Assembly: GCA_965208575.1 (NCBI GenBank)
Contig: CBDBOV010000006.1
Span: 791,808 to 855,807 of the forward strand
Reading direction: 5' to 3'
Length of the DNA stretch: 64,000 nucleotides
DNA from: Spirochaetia bacterium
GTDB taxonomy: Bacteria > Spirochaetota > Spirochaetia > SZUA-6 > Bin103
Shown: piece after piece, positions 33,577-44,022 of the stretch
Layout of the letters: the number at the start of each line of letters is the position of its first letter
How positions within the stretch are numbered: the first letter of the stretch is position 1
Notes under the pieces: model-generated
What the model saw: the letters and a program-made list of their open reading frames with translations, nothing else
What the model was told of the DNA's origin: nothing
Database searches by the model: none
Program-made: the position numbers and the translations under genes

Positions 33577-35361
33577 ATGTACATGCGAGTAATGAGGCAG
33601 GCTCTGGTCATCGTCACGGTGATCGCGGTTGCCGCGACTGGCGCCTGGGCCGCCGGCGAGGATGAAGAGGGATCCGAAGCGATGGCCGAGAAGGCGATGG
33701 TCACCGACCCGAGCAGCGGCAAGCAGTTCACCGCGCCGCAGTACGGTGGAACGATTACCATCGCACACTTTGCCCACACACTGGCAGTGGACACCTACAG
33801 CGGCGGCCCCGCCGTCACCCACATTGCCGGCGTCGTCGAGAAGCTGGCGATGATGGACTGGGCGGTGGACCGCGACACCTGGGCGCTCAACTGCTTCTGC
33901 GGTCCGATCGAGTACATGCGCGGCCAGCTTGCGGAGAGCTGGGAGCAAACCGATCCCGTGACCGTAACCGTCAAGCTGCGCCCCGACATCTACTGGCAAG
34001 ACAAGGAGCCGGTGAACGGGCGCCAGTTCGTGGCCGACGACGTGGTCTACAACTACACCCGCTACATCGGCCTCGGCGACGGCGATGCCAGCCCGTTCAT
34101 CGATCGGCTCGGCAACATGTCGTGGGATTCGATCACCGCGCCCGACGATCACACGGTGGTGTTCAAGCTTCAGGAGCCGCACGCGTGGTTCCTGTACGAC
34201 CTGTTGTGGCACGAGGTCACTGCGATTTACGCGCCGGAGGTGATTGAGGCGGGCAACGTGACCGATTGGGAGGCTCTGGTGGGGACCGGCCCGTTCATGC
34301 TGACCGATGTCCAGGAGGGCAGCAGCCTGGCCTGGGAGCGGAACCCGAACTACTGGGGCCACGACGAGAAGTATCCGGAGAATCAGCTTCCCTACCCGGA
34401 TGCGTTGAAGGCGCTCGTCATACCGGAGCCGGGCACCCGTCTGGCGGCATTCCGTACCGGCCAGATCGACCTCGGGTTCTCCCAGCACGGTGCGTCGATC
34501 CGTACCCCGGGCGACCTGGAGGGGCTGCTGCGCACCAATCCCGACATGCAGTACGGAATCTACAACTTCCGCAGCGACTACCTGTTCATGATCAACGTCG
34601 AGAACCCGCCCCTGGACGACATTCGGGTGCGGCGGGCGCTGCAGCTCGCGATCAACCTGGATGAGATCAACGACGCGCTTTACGACGGGCAGGGCAACGC
34701 CACGCCGCGCTCGATGAGTGCGCACGTCTGGGTGCCCCCGTACGAGGAGTGGCCGGAAGAGTTGCAGTTCTACTTCAAGTACAACCCCGAGCACGCGGAG
34801 GAGCTGTTGGACGAGGCGGGTCTGCCGCGCGGCGCCGATGGCACGCGGGTGACGATCGGCGCACTTATCGGCGGCGTCGGCACGCTCGACGCCACCTACT
34901 GGGAGCTGGTGCAGGGCTATTACGCGGACATCGGCGTTGAGCTGGAGCTGCAACCCGAGGATGGCTCGATCTACGCCGACCGGATGGCGGCGGTCCAGTA
35001 CGACCTCGGCATGTCGGAAGGAACCAGCCAGATGATCGAGGAGCACCTGGTGGGCCGGTTCTACGGCGACGGCACCAACCAATGGCAACCCAATACCGTC
35101 GACCCCGAGTACAACGCGCTGATCGAGGAGATGCGCGCGGCCACCACGCTCGACAAGTACGCCGAGCTTTGGGGCGTGGCGAACCTGTTCCTGTTGGAGA
35201 AGCAGTGGATCATCACCGCGGTGGAACCGCCGCAGTGGAACATCGTCCAGCCGTGGATCCAGGGCTGGAACGGCGAGAACATGCTCGGCCGCCACCAGTA
35301 CGTCGAGCTCTACGGGCGCCTCTGGATCGACCAGGATCTCAAGGATCACTACTTGAACTAG
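33577..35361 (+). CDS. ABC substrate-binding protein, family 5
   Basis: Start at MYMRVMRQALVIVTVIAVAATGAWAAGEDE, after gggag. Contains NPNYWGHDEKYPENQLPYPD. The ORF is open from 33406. Confidence 0.9.
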   Translation: MYMRVMRQALVIVTVIAVAATGAWAAGEDEEGSEAMAEKAMVTDPSSGKQFTAPQYGGTITIAHFAHTLAVDTYSGGPAVTHIAGVVEKLAMMDWAVDRDTWALNCFCGPIEYMRGQLAESWEQTDPVTVTVKLRPDIYWQDKEPVNGRQFVADDVVYNYTRYIGLGDGDASPFIDRLGNMSWDSITAPDDHTVVFKLQEPHAWFLYDLLWHEVTAIYAPEVIEAGNVTDWEALVGTGPFMLTDVQEGSSLAWERNPNYWGHDEKYPENQLPYPDALKALVIPEPGTRLAAFRTGQIDLGFSQHGASIRTPGDLEGLLRTNPDMQYGIYNFRSDYLFMINVENPPLDDIRVRRALQLAINLDEINDALYDGQGNATPRSMSAHVWVPPYEEWPEELQFYFKYNPEHAEELLDEAGLPRGADGTRVTIGALIGGVGTLDATYWELVQGYYADIGVELELQPEDGSIYADRMAAVQYDLGMSEGTSQMIEEHLVGRFYGDGTNQWQPNTVDPEYNALIEEMRAATTLDKYAELWGVANLFLLEKQWIITAVEPPQWNIVQPWIQGWNGENMLGRHQYVELYGRLWIDQDLKDHYLN

Positions 35362-35369
35362 GCCTGGTC

Positions 35370-35412
35370 GAAGGCCGCGTTGCCCGCATGTTTCTCGGGT
35401 GACGCGGCCTTC
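35370..35412 (+). other. Intercistronic 11-bp perfect stem-loop (SBP/permease junction)
   Basis: gaaggccgcgt (35370-35380) pairs with acgcggccttc (35402-35412). There is no U tract. Confidence 0.45.
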
Positions 35413-35426
35413 AGGCGCCGCCAGTC

Positions 35427-36395
35427 ATGACCGCATACCTGATACGGAGGGTTCTCCTCCTGGTCCCCACGGTGTTCCTGGTGACCGTGCTGGTGTTCCT
35501 GATGGTGCGGTTCATCCCGGGGGACGTGATCGACATGATGGCGGAGCGGGCGATGCGCACCGGCGGCGGATCCTTCATGGTGGATCGCGAGGCACTGGAG
35601 AAGGCGCTGGGACTGGACAAGCCCGTGCACGAGCAGTACGCGGTCTGGATCGGGAACATCGTCTTCAAGGGTACGTTCGGGATGCCGTTGACCGGCGGCA
35701 GCTACCTGATCGAGGAACGGATCGCGCGCCGGCTGCCGATTACCGCCGAACTGGGCATCCTGGCGCTGCTGATACAGTTGGCCATCGCGCTGCCGGTTGG
35801 CGTGTACTCGGCGGTGCGCCAGGACACCGGCGGCGACTACGCCGCCCGCACCGCCGCCGTGATCGGGCTGGCCGCGCCCAATTTCTGGCTGGCGATGCTG
35901 ATCATCATCTTTCCCTCGATCTGGTTCCAGTGGCAGCCCCCGATCGAGCACGTGTCGTTCGGCGCCGACCCGCTCGGCAACCTGTACTTCTTCCTGTTTC
36001 CGGCGCTGATTCTGGGCACGGCCGGGTCGGCCGGCCTGATGCGGCTGACCCGCACCATGATGCTGGAGGTGTTGCGCCAGGATTACATCCGCACCGCGTG
36101 GGCGAAGGGACTCAGGGAACGGGTGGTGGTGGTGCGGCACGCGATCAAGAACGCGTTCATTCCGGTCGCCACTTCGATCGGGATGGACCTGCCAAGGCTG
36201 GTCGGAGGGGCGGTGATCATCGAGAACGTGTTCAATATTCCGGGCTTGGGGCGCCTCGCCGTCGACGCGCTGCAGTTGCGCGACTATCCGACCATATCCG
36301 CATTGAACCTGGTTGCCGCGCTCACGATTACCGGGGTCAACCTGATGGTGGACCTGGTCTATCCCTATCTCGACCCCCGCATCCGGTACCGGTAG
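35427..36395 (+). CDS. ABC permease, OppB/DppB family
   Basis: Reads MTAYLIRRVLLLVPTVF...RLTRTMMLEVLRQDYIRTAWAKGL...LVYPYLDPRIRYR. Confidence 0.9.
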   Translation: MTAYLIRRVLLLVPTVFLVTVLVFLMVRFIPGDVIDMMAERAMRTGGGSFMVDREALEKALGLDKPVHEQYAVWIGNIVFKGTFGMPLTGGSYLIEERIARRLPITAELGILALLIQLAIALPVGVYSAVRQDTGGDYAARTAAVIGLAAPNFWLAMLIIIFPSIWFQWQPPIEHVSFGADPLGNLYFFLFPALILGTAGSAGLMRLTRTMMLEVLRQDYIRTAWAKGLRERVVVVRHAIKNAFIPVATSIGMDLPRLVGGAVIIENVFNIPGLGRLAVDALQLRDYPTISALNLVAALTITGVNLMVDLVYPYLDPRIRYR

Positions 36396-36403
36396 GGCCT
36401 GCG

Positions 36404-37312
36404 ATGGCGACGTCGACAGAGCAGGCCGGCCGCAACGTCTCGAACGTGCCCGCGCGCCGGCACCCGGGCGTGCTGTTTCTGCGCAAGCTGGCCCGGAAGC
36501 GTCTCGGCATGGGCGGCGCCGTGGTCGTGCTGCTGCTGATCCTGGTTGCCGTGTTCGCGGAGCAGATCGCACCGTACCACTTCAACGAACGCAACATCGG
36601 CAACCGCCTGCAGGCGCCGTCGGCAGAGCACTGGCTCGGCACCGACCAGATCGGTCGCGACGTGCTCAGCCGCCTGATCGTGGGCGCGCGGCTGTCGCTG
36701 CTGGTCGGGTTGGGCGCGACGCTGCTGGGGGTGGTCACGTCGCTGTTCCTGGGCACCCTGTCGGGGTTCGTCGGCGGCAAGCTGGACATGACCATTCAGC
36801 GCTTCGTGGACGCGGCGATGACCATTCCCGACCTGTTGGTGTTGCTGACCATGCTGACGATCTTCGGGCGCGGACTGCTGCAGTTCATCCTGGTGATCGG
36901 TATCTGGGGCGCCATCGGCGGCTCGCGTACCATCCGCAGCGCCGTCATCGCGATCAAGGAGAACGCCTACTTCGAGTCCGCGCGGGCGGCCGGGTCGCCG
37001 GTCTCGCGCACCCTGTTGCGGCACGTGGTCCCGAACCTGATGCCGCTGGTCATCATCGGCTTCACCGGCGGCATCGGCTACAACATTCTCACCGCTGCCG
37101 GGCTCAGCTTCCTCGGCTTCGGCCTGGACATCGGCACCCCGGACTGGGGCAGCATGCTGAGCCGTGAGGGCCGCGCGTACATGGAGTCGGCGTGGTGGCT
37201 GGCGATGTGGCCCGGCCTGCTGCTGACCATCGCCATCTTCAGCTTCAACATGTTCGGCGACGCGCTGCGCGACCTGCTCGACCCCCGCCTGCGCGGCGCC
37301 AACGTGCGCTAA
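36404..37312 (+). CDS. ABC permease, OppC/DppC family
   Basis: Reads MATSTEQ...LGTDQIGRDVLSRLIVGARLS...SFLGFGLDIGTPDWGSMLS...NMFGDALRDLLDPRLRGANVR. Confidence 0.9.
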   Translation: MATSTEQAGRNVSNVPARRHPGVLFLRKLARKRLGMGGAVVVLLLILVAVFAEQIAPYHFNERNIGNRLQAPSAEHWLGTDQIGRDVLSRLIVGARLSLLVGLGATLLGVVTSLFLGTLSGFVGGKLDMTIQRFVDAAMTIPDLLVLLTMLTIFGRGLLQFILVIGIWGAIGGSRTIRSAVIAIKENAYFESARAAGSPVSRTLLRHVVPNLMPLVIIGFTGGIGYNILTAAGLSFLGFGLDIGTPDWGSMLSREGRAYMESAWWLAMWPGLLLTIAIFSFNMFGDALRDLLDPRLRGANVR

Positions 37313-37315
37313 CAG

Positions 37316-37392
37316 CCCGTGGTGGAACACCGGCTGCATTCGAGCGGCGCTGCATCCGCCGCTGTCGGTGCGACGCCGGGTTCCACCCTGGG
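37316..37392. repeat. MITE/REP-like palindromic element, short form (M1)
   Basis: Terminal inverted repeats gtggtggaacaccgg / ccgggttccacc flank ..gctgcatccgcc... The ends and the gcatccgc core match M2 and M3. Confidence 0.55.
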
Positions 37393-37601
37393 TTGCCACT
37401 AGCATGGTGTCCCGCACCTTCTTGCGTGTGCGCCGCGCGCCGGGGGACGGTCACGGCCCCGACGAGGTGACCGCAGGACTACGCCGCCGGCCTGCTCCCG
37501 CTGCGGCCAGCCCCGTGCGCGGCACTGCGCCGCCGGCGGTGGCTTCACTGCAGCCGCCCGTTTCGTTTGCAAAGCGACTTCCGGGCCACCAGGCTGGCAC
37601 G

Positions 37602-40600
37602 ATGGTGGCGCTGGCGCTGCGCAGCGCGAGATTTGCCCTGAGCACGGTGACCGGCAAGCGGCGCGTCATCGGAATCGTGCTGCTGCTCGCGCTGCTGATT
37701 CCGTTCTTTGCGCTCAATCGGCTGCCCAAGCTGGACACCGTGCGCGCCGACCTGGCGCTGGCGCTGGCGCCCACCGCGGAGTGCTTTCAGGGGTTCTGCA
37801 TCGAGCGCGAGCCCGAGTCCACCTTCCTGCAGCGCTGGTGGCGGTTCTCGCTCACCTACCTGCAACTGGTCACCGCCGGCATGGTGTTCGCGTTCCTGGC
37901 GGGTGGCATCGCCGAGACCTTCCTGATGCCCGCGCCCGCCACCGGCGGCGCCGGATCGCCGCGGCTGCTCGGGGGGCGCTGGGGCCGCATCCTGAAGGGG
38001 CTCGGCATGGGCCCGGTGGTGAACCTGTGCTCAGCGTGTATCGTTCCCGTGTCGAGCGCCATGCACCGGCGCGGGCTCGGCATCGAGGGGTCGCTGGCGC
38101 TGGTGCACGGGTCGGCGACCCTCAACGTGCCCTCGCTGCTGATGATCGCGGTGGTGTTCTCGCCGCTGCTCGGCGCCAGCCGGCTCGCGCTCGGGCTGAC
38201 GGCGGCCTTCCTGCTCGGCCCGCTGGTGCTGTGGGTGGCGCGGACGGCTGCCGCGCGACCGGCCGCCTGGGCGGCCTCGGCCGAGGAGGCGGCGTGCGCG
38301 CTGCCGGCGTGGGGGGATGGCGGCGTCCCGGGCGAGCCGCGGCGCCAGGGGTCGGAGGAGCAGACTTCCGCCACCGGGCGTCCCGAAACCAAAGCCGCCG
38401 GCGCCCCATCCGGGTCTCGCAGCCCGTGGTGGAACCCGGCGTCGCACCGAGAGCGGCGAGGCGCCCGCCTGGCAGGGCGCGACGAAACGAGCATTTCGGG
38501 CATGGGTGAGCGAGCCGCAACGCAGCCAGCCGGGAGGATGCATCGCCGCGCGAATGGAGCCGGAGTTTCGCCACCGGCCGCTGGCGCGCGACCGGACGCC
38601 TGGGCAGCCGCGCCCAAGGATGCGGCGTGTGAGCTGCCGGGATGGGGGCCGCACGGCGCCCCAGGTGGACCAGAGCGGCAGGAGGCCGGGCAGCACAACT
38701 TCGCGAGCGGGCGCCTCGAGATCGTCGCTGGCGGCATCGCCTCCGGGTGTGCCCAAACCGTCGCCGGCGGCGCGGCTTTCGGCCCAACCCGGCCTGCGCC
38801 GGGAGCGTTCCGCAAGCCGGCAGACTCGTGGGCCGCGGTCGCGGTGGCCGGCGTGCGGCAGTGGGCGCGCGCCACCGGGCGCCTGGTGGTGCAGATGGCG
38901 CCGCTGATGGTGGTAGCGGGCTTCGCCAGCGGTGCGGCGATCCAGCTCCTGCAGCCGGAGACGGTCGACGCCTACCTCGGCGACAGCCTCTCGGGGGTGC
39001 TGGCGGCGGCCACCCTGGGCGTGCTGATCAACGTGCCGCTGCTGTTCGAGATTCCGCTGGTCGCGCTGCTGTTGGTGCTGGGGGCGGGGGCGGCGCCGAG
39101 CGCGGCGCTGCTGTTCGCCGCCGCGGCCGGGGGACCGATCACGTTCTGGGGGCTGGCGCGGACGGTCGGCCGCCGCGGCATCGCGGCCTACGCGGCCGGC
39201 ACCTGGGCGATCGCCGTGCTGGGCGGGCTGCTGGTGCTGGCGGTGAGCACGCAGTTCCCGGCCCTGCCGCCGTTGCGGGCGGCGATGGTGCCGGCGGCGC
39301 CGCCCGCCGTGAAGCAGACCCCGGCGGGGCCGACCCACGCGCGCCCGGCGGACGCGGTGCCGCTGGAGTTCCGCGACGTCAGCGTCGCCGCCGGGGTGTC
39401 CGGCGACATCTACCACTCCATCGCGACCCACAGTTTGGGCGTGAACTGGATCGACGTGAACCGGGACGGCTGGCCCGACCTGTTCGCGGTGCGCGGCGAT
39501 GCCGGGCTCGCACCGCGCCTGTTTCTGAACCGCGGCGACGGCAGCTTCGAGCCGCGCCATGACCTGCTGCCGGAGTTGCCCGCCATGGAGATGTCGGGCT
39601 CGGTGTTCGCCGACTACGACAACGACGGCGACGACGACATCTACGTGTACACCGACCACCCGGAGTGGAGCCTGCAGGGATACAACGCGCCCGACGGGCC
39701 GCCCAACCTGCTGCTCAAGAATCTTTTCTCCGAGCACGGCGGCCGCCTGCCTGCCGCCGGGCCGTTGTTCGCGGAGGTGGCCGCGGCCGCCGGAGTGGAC
39801 GACCTGGCGCCGGCTCCGTTCGGGGAGCTGCCGGCGTACCGCACCAAGGCGGCCAACTGGCTCGACTACGACCGCGACGGCTGCGTCGACCTGTACGTCG
39901 GCCACATCGTGATCAACAACGAGGCGGACCCGGCCAACCGCGACCGCCTGTTTCACAACGAGTGCGACGGCACCTTCACCGATGCCACCGACCACGCGCT
40001 GCCCCTGACCGCCGACTATCGCGCCGCGCTGGTGGTGTACGGCGCCCACCTCGACGACGACCTGTGGCCCGACCTGTACGTGGTGAACGTGGCCGGCAAC
40101 GGCGCCAACCGGACGCTGCACACCGACCAGGTCTACCGCAACCGGGGCGGCCGCTTCGTGCAGGTGTTCGCCGACTGGCCGTGGATCGGCGACGACGCGC
40201 AGGCGGGCATGGGCATCGCCGCCGCCGACGTCGACCTGAACGGCACCTGGGACCTGTACATCACCGACCTGCTGGACGCCACCACGCTGGAGCGTCCCCC
40301 GGGCGGCAACGTGCTGTACCTGGGCGACGCGTCGGGGGCCTGGGCCGACAACAAGGCGGCCGGCGCCGGCGTGGCGGGCACCGATTCGTGGGGCATCAAC
40401 TTCCTGGACGCCGACCACGACGGCTGGGAGGACCTTTACGTCGCCACCATGGTGCACCTCAACGACGAGTTGCTGTACGCAAACAATCGCAACGGCACCT
40501 TCACCAACGTGGCGGCGCAGGCCGGCTACGACGGCTACGACACCGGCGCCAGCCGCGGCAGCGCGGTGGCCGACTACGACGGCGACGGCGACCTCGACAT

Positions 40601-41030
40601 CGCGGTCGTCAACCAGCATGAGCCGCACTGCGCGGAGGGTCCTCCCCCATCCTGCTCGCTGCAACTGCTGCGCAACGACACGGCGACCGCGGGCAACTGG
40701 CTCAAGCTGCGCCTGACCGGCACCGCCAGCAACCGCAGCGCCATCGGCGCCCTGGTGCGGGTACAGGCTGGGCCGCTCCGGCTGATGCGACAGGTCACCG
40801 GCGGCTCCAGCGGCCACTCCCAGAACAGCCTGGTGGTGCACTTCGGCCTCGGCCGGGCGGAGGTGGTCGACCGGGTGGAGATCCTGTGGCCGTCCGGGGC
40901 GCGCACGAACTGGAGCGCGCAGCCGTCCGATACGCTGATCGACGTGGTCGAGGGCCGGGCGTGCGCGGACGGGCAGCGCGCCGAGTGCGTGGAAACGGCT
41001 CCAGGTATCGAGGACCGCCAACCAAGCTAA
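37602..41030 (+). CDS. Fusion protein: ArsP_1-type two-half permease + FG-GAP/VCBS repeats + ASPIC/UnbV domain
   Basis: One uninterrupted frame, open from 37368; the ATG at 37602 ([11 protein letters not shown]) is the likely start. The permease hallmark is [22 protein letters not shown], with a second half [17 protein letters not shown]. Downstream are the repeats [35 protein letters not shown] and [12 protein letters not shown], and the C-terminus reads GALVRVQAG...[18 protein letters not shown]. Confidence 0.75.
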   Translation: MVALALRSARFALSTVTGKRRVIGIVLLLALLIPFFALNRLPKLDTVRADLALALAPTAECFQGFCIEREPESTFLQRWWRFSLTYLQLVTAGMVFAFLAGGIAETFLMPAPATGGAGSPRLLGGRWGRILKGLGMGPVVNLCSACIVPVSSAMHRRGLGIEGSLALVHGSATLNVPSLLMIAVVFSPLLGASRLALGLTAAFLLGPLVLWVARTAAARPAAWAASAEEAACALPAWGDGGVPGEPRRQGSEEQTSATGRPETKAAGAPSGSRSPWWNPASHRERRGARLAGRDETSISGMGERAATQPAGRMHRRANGAGVSPPAAGARPDAWAAAPKDAACELPGWGPHGAPGGPERQEAGQHNFASGRLEIVAGGIASGCAQTVAGGAAFGPTRPAPGAFRKPADSWAAVAVAGVRQWARATGRLVVQMAPLMVVAGFASGAAIQLLQPETVDAYLGDSLSGVLAAATLGVLINVPLLFEIPLVALLLVLGAGAAPSAALLFAAAAGGPITFWGLARTVGRRGIAAYAAGTWAIAVLGGLLVLAVSTQFPALPPLRAAMVPAAPPAVKQTPAGPTHARPADAVPLEFRDVSVAAGVSGDIYHSIATHSLGVNWIDVNRDGWPDLFAVRGDAGLAPRLFLNRGDGSFEPRHDLLPELPAMEMSGSVFADYDNDGDDDIYVYTDHPEWSLQGYNAPDGPPNLLLKNLFSEHGGRLPAAGPLFAEVAAAAGVDDLAPAPFGELPAYRTKAANWLDYDRDGCVDLYVGHIVINNEADPANRDRLFHNECDGTFTDATDHALPLTADYRAALVVYGAHLDDDLWPDLYVVNVAGNGANRTLHTDQVYRNRGGRFVQVFADWPWIGDDAQAGMGIAAADVDLNGTWDLYITDLLDATTLERPPGGNVLYLGDASGAWADNKAAGAGVAGTDSWGINFLDADHDGWEDLYVATMVHLNDELLYANNRNGTFTNVAAQAGYDGYDTGASRGSAVADYDGDGDLDIAVVNQHEPHCAEGPPPSCSLQLLRNDTATAGNWLKLRLTGTASNRSAIGALVRVQAGPLRLMRQVTGGSSGHSQNSLVVHFGLGRAEVVDRVEILWPSGARTNWSAQPSDTLIDVVEGRACADGQRAECVETAPGIEDRQPS
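38423..38580. repeat. MITE/REP-like palindromic element (M2) embedded in the permease loop coding region
   Basis: Ends are cccgtggtggaacccggc ... gccggagtttcgccaccggccg. The internal blocks ggcagggcgcgacga, tcgggcatgggtgagcgagc and gatgcatcgcc are shared with M3 (62235-62391). Confidence 0.55.
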
Positions 41031-42322
41031 AAGGTGAGGTTGACCGGCGGGCAGGAGGGATCGGTCACCGCGCACTGGCCGAGTTGGCCGTGGTCGTTGC
41101 TGCCCCAGCCCCACAGGGTGCCGTCGGTCTTCAGCGCCACGGTGCCGTGGCCGGCGGCGGCGACCGCGTGCCAGTCGTCGTCCCAGGTCCAGCTCCACAG
41201 GTCCCGGAACCGCTTCACCCGATCCGGCGTGAGCCGGCGCCGGACCGTCCACCGCTGCCCGAGCTGGCCGCGGTTGTTCAGCCCCCACGCCCACAGGGTG
41301 CCGTCGCTGCGCAGCCCCACGGTGTGCGCCTCGCCGGCCGCCACCGCTCGCCAGTCCGAACCGGATCGCACCCGTACCGGCTCGGGGCGGTCGGTGGTGC
41401 TGCCGTCGCCGAGCTGGCCGGTGCCGTTTGCGCCCCAGGCCCACAGCGTACCGTCGGCACGCACGGCAACGGTGTGGGCCTCGCCGGCCGCCACCGCGCT
41501 CCAGTCCGCCCGCGTTCCCACCTGCACCGGTTCGGGGCGGTCGGCGGTGCTGCCGTCGCCGAGCTGACCGCTCCAGTTGGCGCCCCAGGTCCACAGCGTG
41601 CCGTCGGCACGCAGGGCAACGGAGTGGGCCTCACCGGCGGCCACCACGCGCCAGTCGGCGCGCGCACCCACCCGTACCGGGCTCGACCGGTTCTCCCACC
41701 CGCCGTCGCCGAGCTGACCGAGGTCGTTGCGCCCCCACGTCCACAGCGTGCCGTCACGGCGCACGGCGACGGTGTGCCCGAAGCCGGCGGCCGCGGCCCG
41801 CCACCTGCCGCCGCCGGCCACCTGCACCGGGCTCGATCGGTCGGTGGTGGTGGCGTCGCCGAGCTGGCCGGCGCCGTTGGAGCCCCACGCCCACAGCGTG
41901 CCGTTGCTCCGCACCGCGACGGTGTGCACCGCTCCGGCGGCCACAGTTCGCCACCTGCTTCCCGCGCCCACCTGCACCGGACTGGCGCGGTCGGTAGTGG
42001 AACCGTCGCCGAGCTGGCCGGACGAGTTCCGGCCCCAGGCCCAAAGCGCGCCGTCGCTCTTCAGCACGAAGGTGTGCGAGGACGCCGCCGCGACCGCGCT
42101 CACGGTCGTCGCGCAGACGCCTCCGAGGCCGAGCGCGCACCGCACCTGCAAGCAGCCCGCCAGGCTCGCAAGTGCCGGAACGGCCGCCACCGCCAGGAGC
42201 ACCAGGCGCCCGGTCCCAAACCCGACGTGCCTAGACCAGGCCGTCCGAGACCGGGCGAAGAATGGCGGCGAACCGCGTCCGGCACTGGCTGCAATAGTGC
42301 TGGCTGCAATAGTGCTGGACAT
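41027..42322 (-). CDS. RCC1-repeat (beta-propeller) protein, probable lipoprotein
   Basis: Seven repeats of the type [29 protein letters not shown]. It has a lipobox-like LASLAGC. Its stop overlaps the stop of the convergent 37602-41030 gene (ctaa). Confidence 0.85.
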   Translation of the reverse strand: MSSTIAASTIAASAGRGSPPFFARSRTAWSRHVGFGTGRLVLLAVAAVPALASLAGCLQVRCALGLGGVCATTVSAVAAASSHTFVLKSDGALWAWGRNSSGQLGDGSTTDRASPVQVGAGSRWRTVAAGAVHTVAVRSNGTLWAWGSNGAGQLGDATTTDRSSPVQVAGGGRWRAAAAGFGHTVAVRRDGTLWTWGRNDLGQLGDGGWENRSSPVRVGARADWRVVAAGEAHSVALRADGTLWTWGANWSGQLGDGSTADRPEPVQVGTRADWSAVAAGEAHTVAVRADGTLWAWGANGTGQLGDGSTTDRPEPVRVRSGSDWRAVAAGEAHTVGLRSDGTLWAWGLNNRGQLGQRWTVRRRLTPDRVKRFRDLWSWTWDDDWHAVAAAGHGTVALKTDGTLWGWGSNDHGQLGQCAVTDPSCPPVNLTF

Positions 42323-42435
42323 CCGGTTCGGCCTACCCGTTCACAAGGTGCAAGTCAAGAGGCCGCGGGTGCCAGGGGGTGCCAAGGACCGCGTGAGCGG
42401 CCCTGCCGGTCCCGGGTACGTTACGGTGGCGGAGG

Positions 42436-44022
42436 TTAACGGTAGTCGCCGACCTCGTTCAGGAAGCGGCTGTGCGCCGCGTGGTGCAGCTCGACGTAGC
42501 GGTCGATGCCCATGTTCTTCATCTGCTGTACGTAGCCGTCCCACTCCTTGTCGATATCGCCGGCGCCGGTGATCCAGCGCGCCTGGTTGGTCTTCCAGAG
42601 CTTCTCGATGTCGGTGCGCAGGGTGTTGACCTCGGTCTGCTCGTCGGAGGCGAACTCCGCGCGCACCCACTGTTCCTTGGCCTTGAAGCGCACGTAGTGC
42701 TCGTAGTACTGGTCGAACAGGAACTGGGTGGCCGTATCCATGGCCAGATTGGGCCCGAAGTCCTCCTCGCGGAAGATGCTCGGGAAGGTACCGGCGGTGG
42801 CAATCTGCGCGCGCCGCTCGGGATCGATCGGCTGCGGCACCCACACGCCGTTCTCCTGCGCGATGCCCTCGGGCGCGAACCCGAACTGCGCCTGCACGCT
42901 GTTCTCGAGCGTGTAGAAGCGGTCCACGAACGCCATGGTGTGCTCGGGATAGGGGTTGACGTCGGTCATGAACCACACGTTCTTGATCGCCAGCCGGCCC
43001 GGATGCACCCACATCTCCGGCTCGTAGCCGGGTGCGCGCAGCGGCGGGATCGACTCGAACTCGCCGCGGTTGGCGGTGGCATCGTTGACCGGGGTGAACC
43101 CGCGGCGGGCGATCACGAAGCCGTAGATGTTGCCGGACGGGTCATCCACCTTGGCGTTGAAGTCGTTGGAGTTCATGGTGAAGCTCTCCGGGTCGATCAG
43201 CCCCTCGCTGTACAGGTCGGCCATGTAGGTGATCAGGTCGCGGTAGCCCTGCGTGATCGGTGCGAAGTAGGCCTGGCCGTCGCGGATCGCGATGCCGTTC
43301 TTGGTCGGCATGCCCCAGATTCCGTACATCGAGCGCAGGTGCTGGGCGAAGCCGTCGTTGACCACGAACGCGAACGGAATCTCGTCCGCCTTTCCGTTGC
43401 CGTTGGGGTCGCCGTCCCGGAACGCGATCAGCACGTCGCGCAGCTCGCCGGTGGTGGTCGGCGCTTCCAGGCCCAGGGCATCGAGCCAGCGCCGGTTGAT
43501 CATGTAGTTCTGTTCCAGGTAGTTGGACTCCAGAAAGTGGAACCGCGCCAGCGCCTGCATCTGGCCCTGCGGGTTGAGCATGTAGGCCAGCGCCTCCGGC
43601 TTCTCGGCAAAGATGCGATCCAGGTTCGGGGTGTAGCCCTTGCCGAGGTGCGGACGCAGGTCGGCCACCACGCCGTTCTGCAGCATCCCGGCGATCAGGT
43701 TCTTGTGCCCGCCGGCGACGCCGAACATCATGTCCGGGGAGTTGTCGGACGCGAACACGATCGGCATTTGCTCGGCGCCCATCCACACCCACTCCAGGTT
43801 CACGCCGGTGGGCGCGCCCCAACTCTGCACCCACGGGTTGTCGGTGGGATCGTGGCTCCAGGTATGGCCGGCCAGCATCGAAATGGCAGGCTCGACCGGA
43901 AAAATGCCCGCAGCCGTCGGTTCGTCCGCCGAGGCTCCACGCTCGGCGGAACCCCAAGCGAACAGCGCCGCCGGCGCCGCCAGAAACGCCGCGGCACAGA
44001 CCGCGTTCAGGAGATTCGTCAT
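42436..44022 (-). CDS. ABC substrate-binding protein, family 1 (large LipO/sugar-type), copy 1
   Basis: The start MTNLLNAVCAAAFLAAPAALFAWGS overlaps the stop of the upstream PhyH gene (TGATG). Most residues are identical to 44966-46555. The ORF is open to 44379. Confidence 0.8.
   Translation of the reverse strand: MTNLLNAVCAAAFLAAPAALFAWGSAERGASADEPTAAGIFPVEPAISMLAGHTWSHDPTDNPWVQSWGAPTGVNLEWVWMGAEQMPIVFASDNSPDMMFGVAGGHKNLIAGMLQNGVVADLRPHLGKGYTPNLDRIFAEKPEALAYMLNPQGQMQALARFHFLESNYLEQNYMINRRWLDALGLEAPTTTGELRDVLIAFRDGDPNGNGKADEIPFAFVVNDGFAQHLRSMYGIWGMPTKNGIAIRDGQAYFAPITQGYRDLITYMADLYSEGLIDPESFTMNSNDFNAKVDDPSGNIYGFVIARRGFTPVNDATANRGEFESIPPLRAPGYEPEMWVHPGRLAIKNVWFMTDVNPYPEHTMAFVDRFYTLENSVQAQFGFAPEGIAQENGVWVPQPIDPERRAQIATAGTFPSIFREEDFGPNLAMDTATQFLFDQYYEHYVRFKAKEQWVRAEFASDEQTEVNTLRTDIEKLWKTNQARWITGAGDIDKEWDGYVQQMKNMGIDRYVELHHAAHSRFLNEVGDYR

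Noticed and set aside
38031-41594. Very long antisense ORFs in the track (for example 38031-41594 minus at 1187 aa, 33442-35349 minus at 635 aa, 30384-32417 plus at 677 aa, 13150-14565 minus at 471 aa, 21952-23424 plus at 490 aa)
   Set aside because: They lie opposite genes with clear family motifs. Their translations are low-complexity and rich in Arg, Gly, Pro and Ala, with no recognisable motifs. Such shadow ORFs are expected in high-GC DNA because stop codons are rare.
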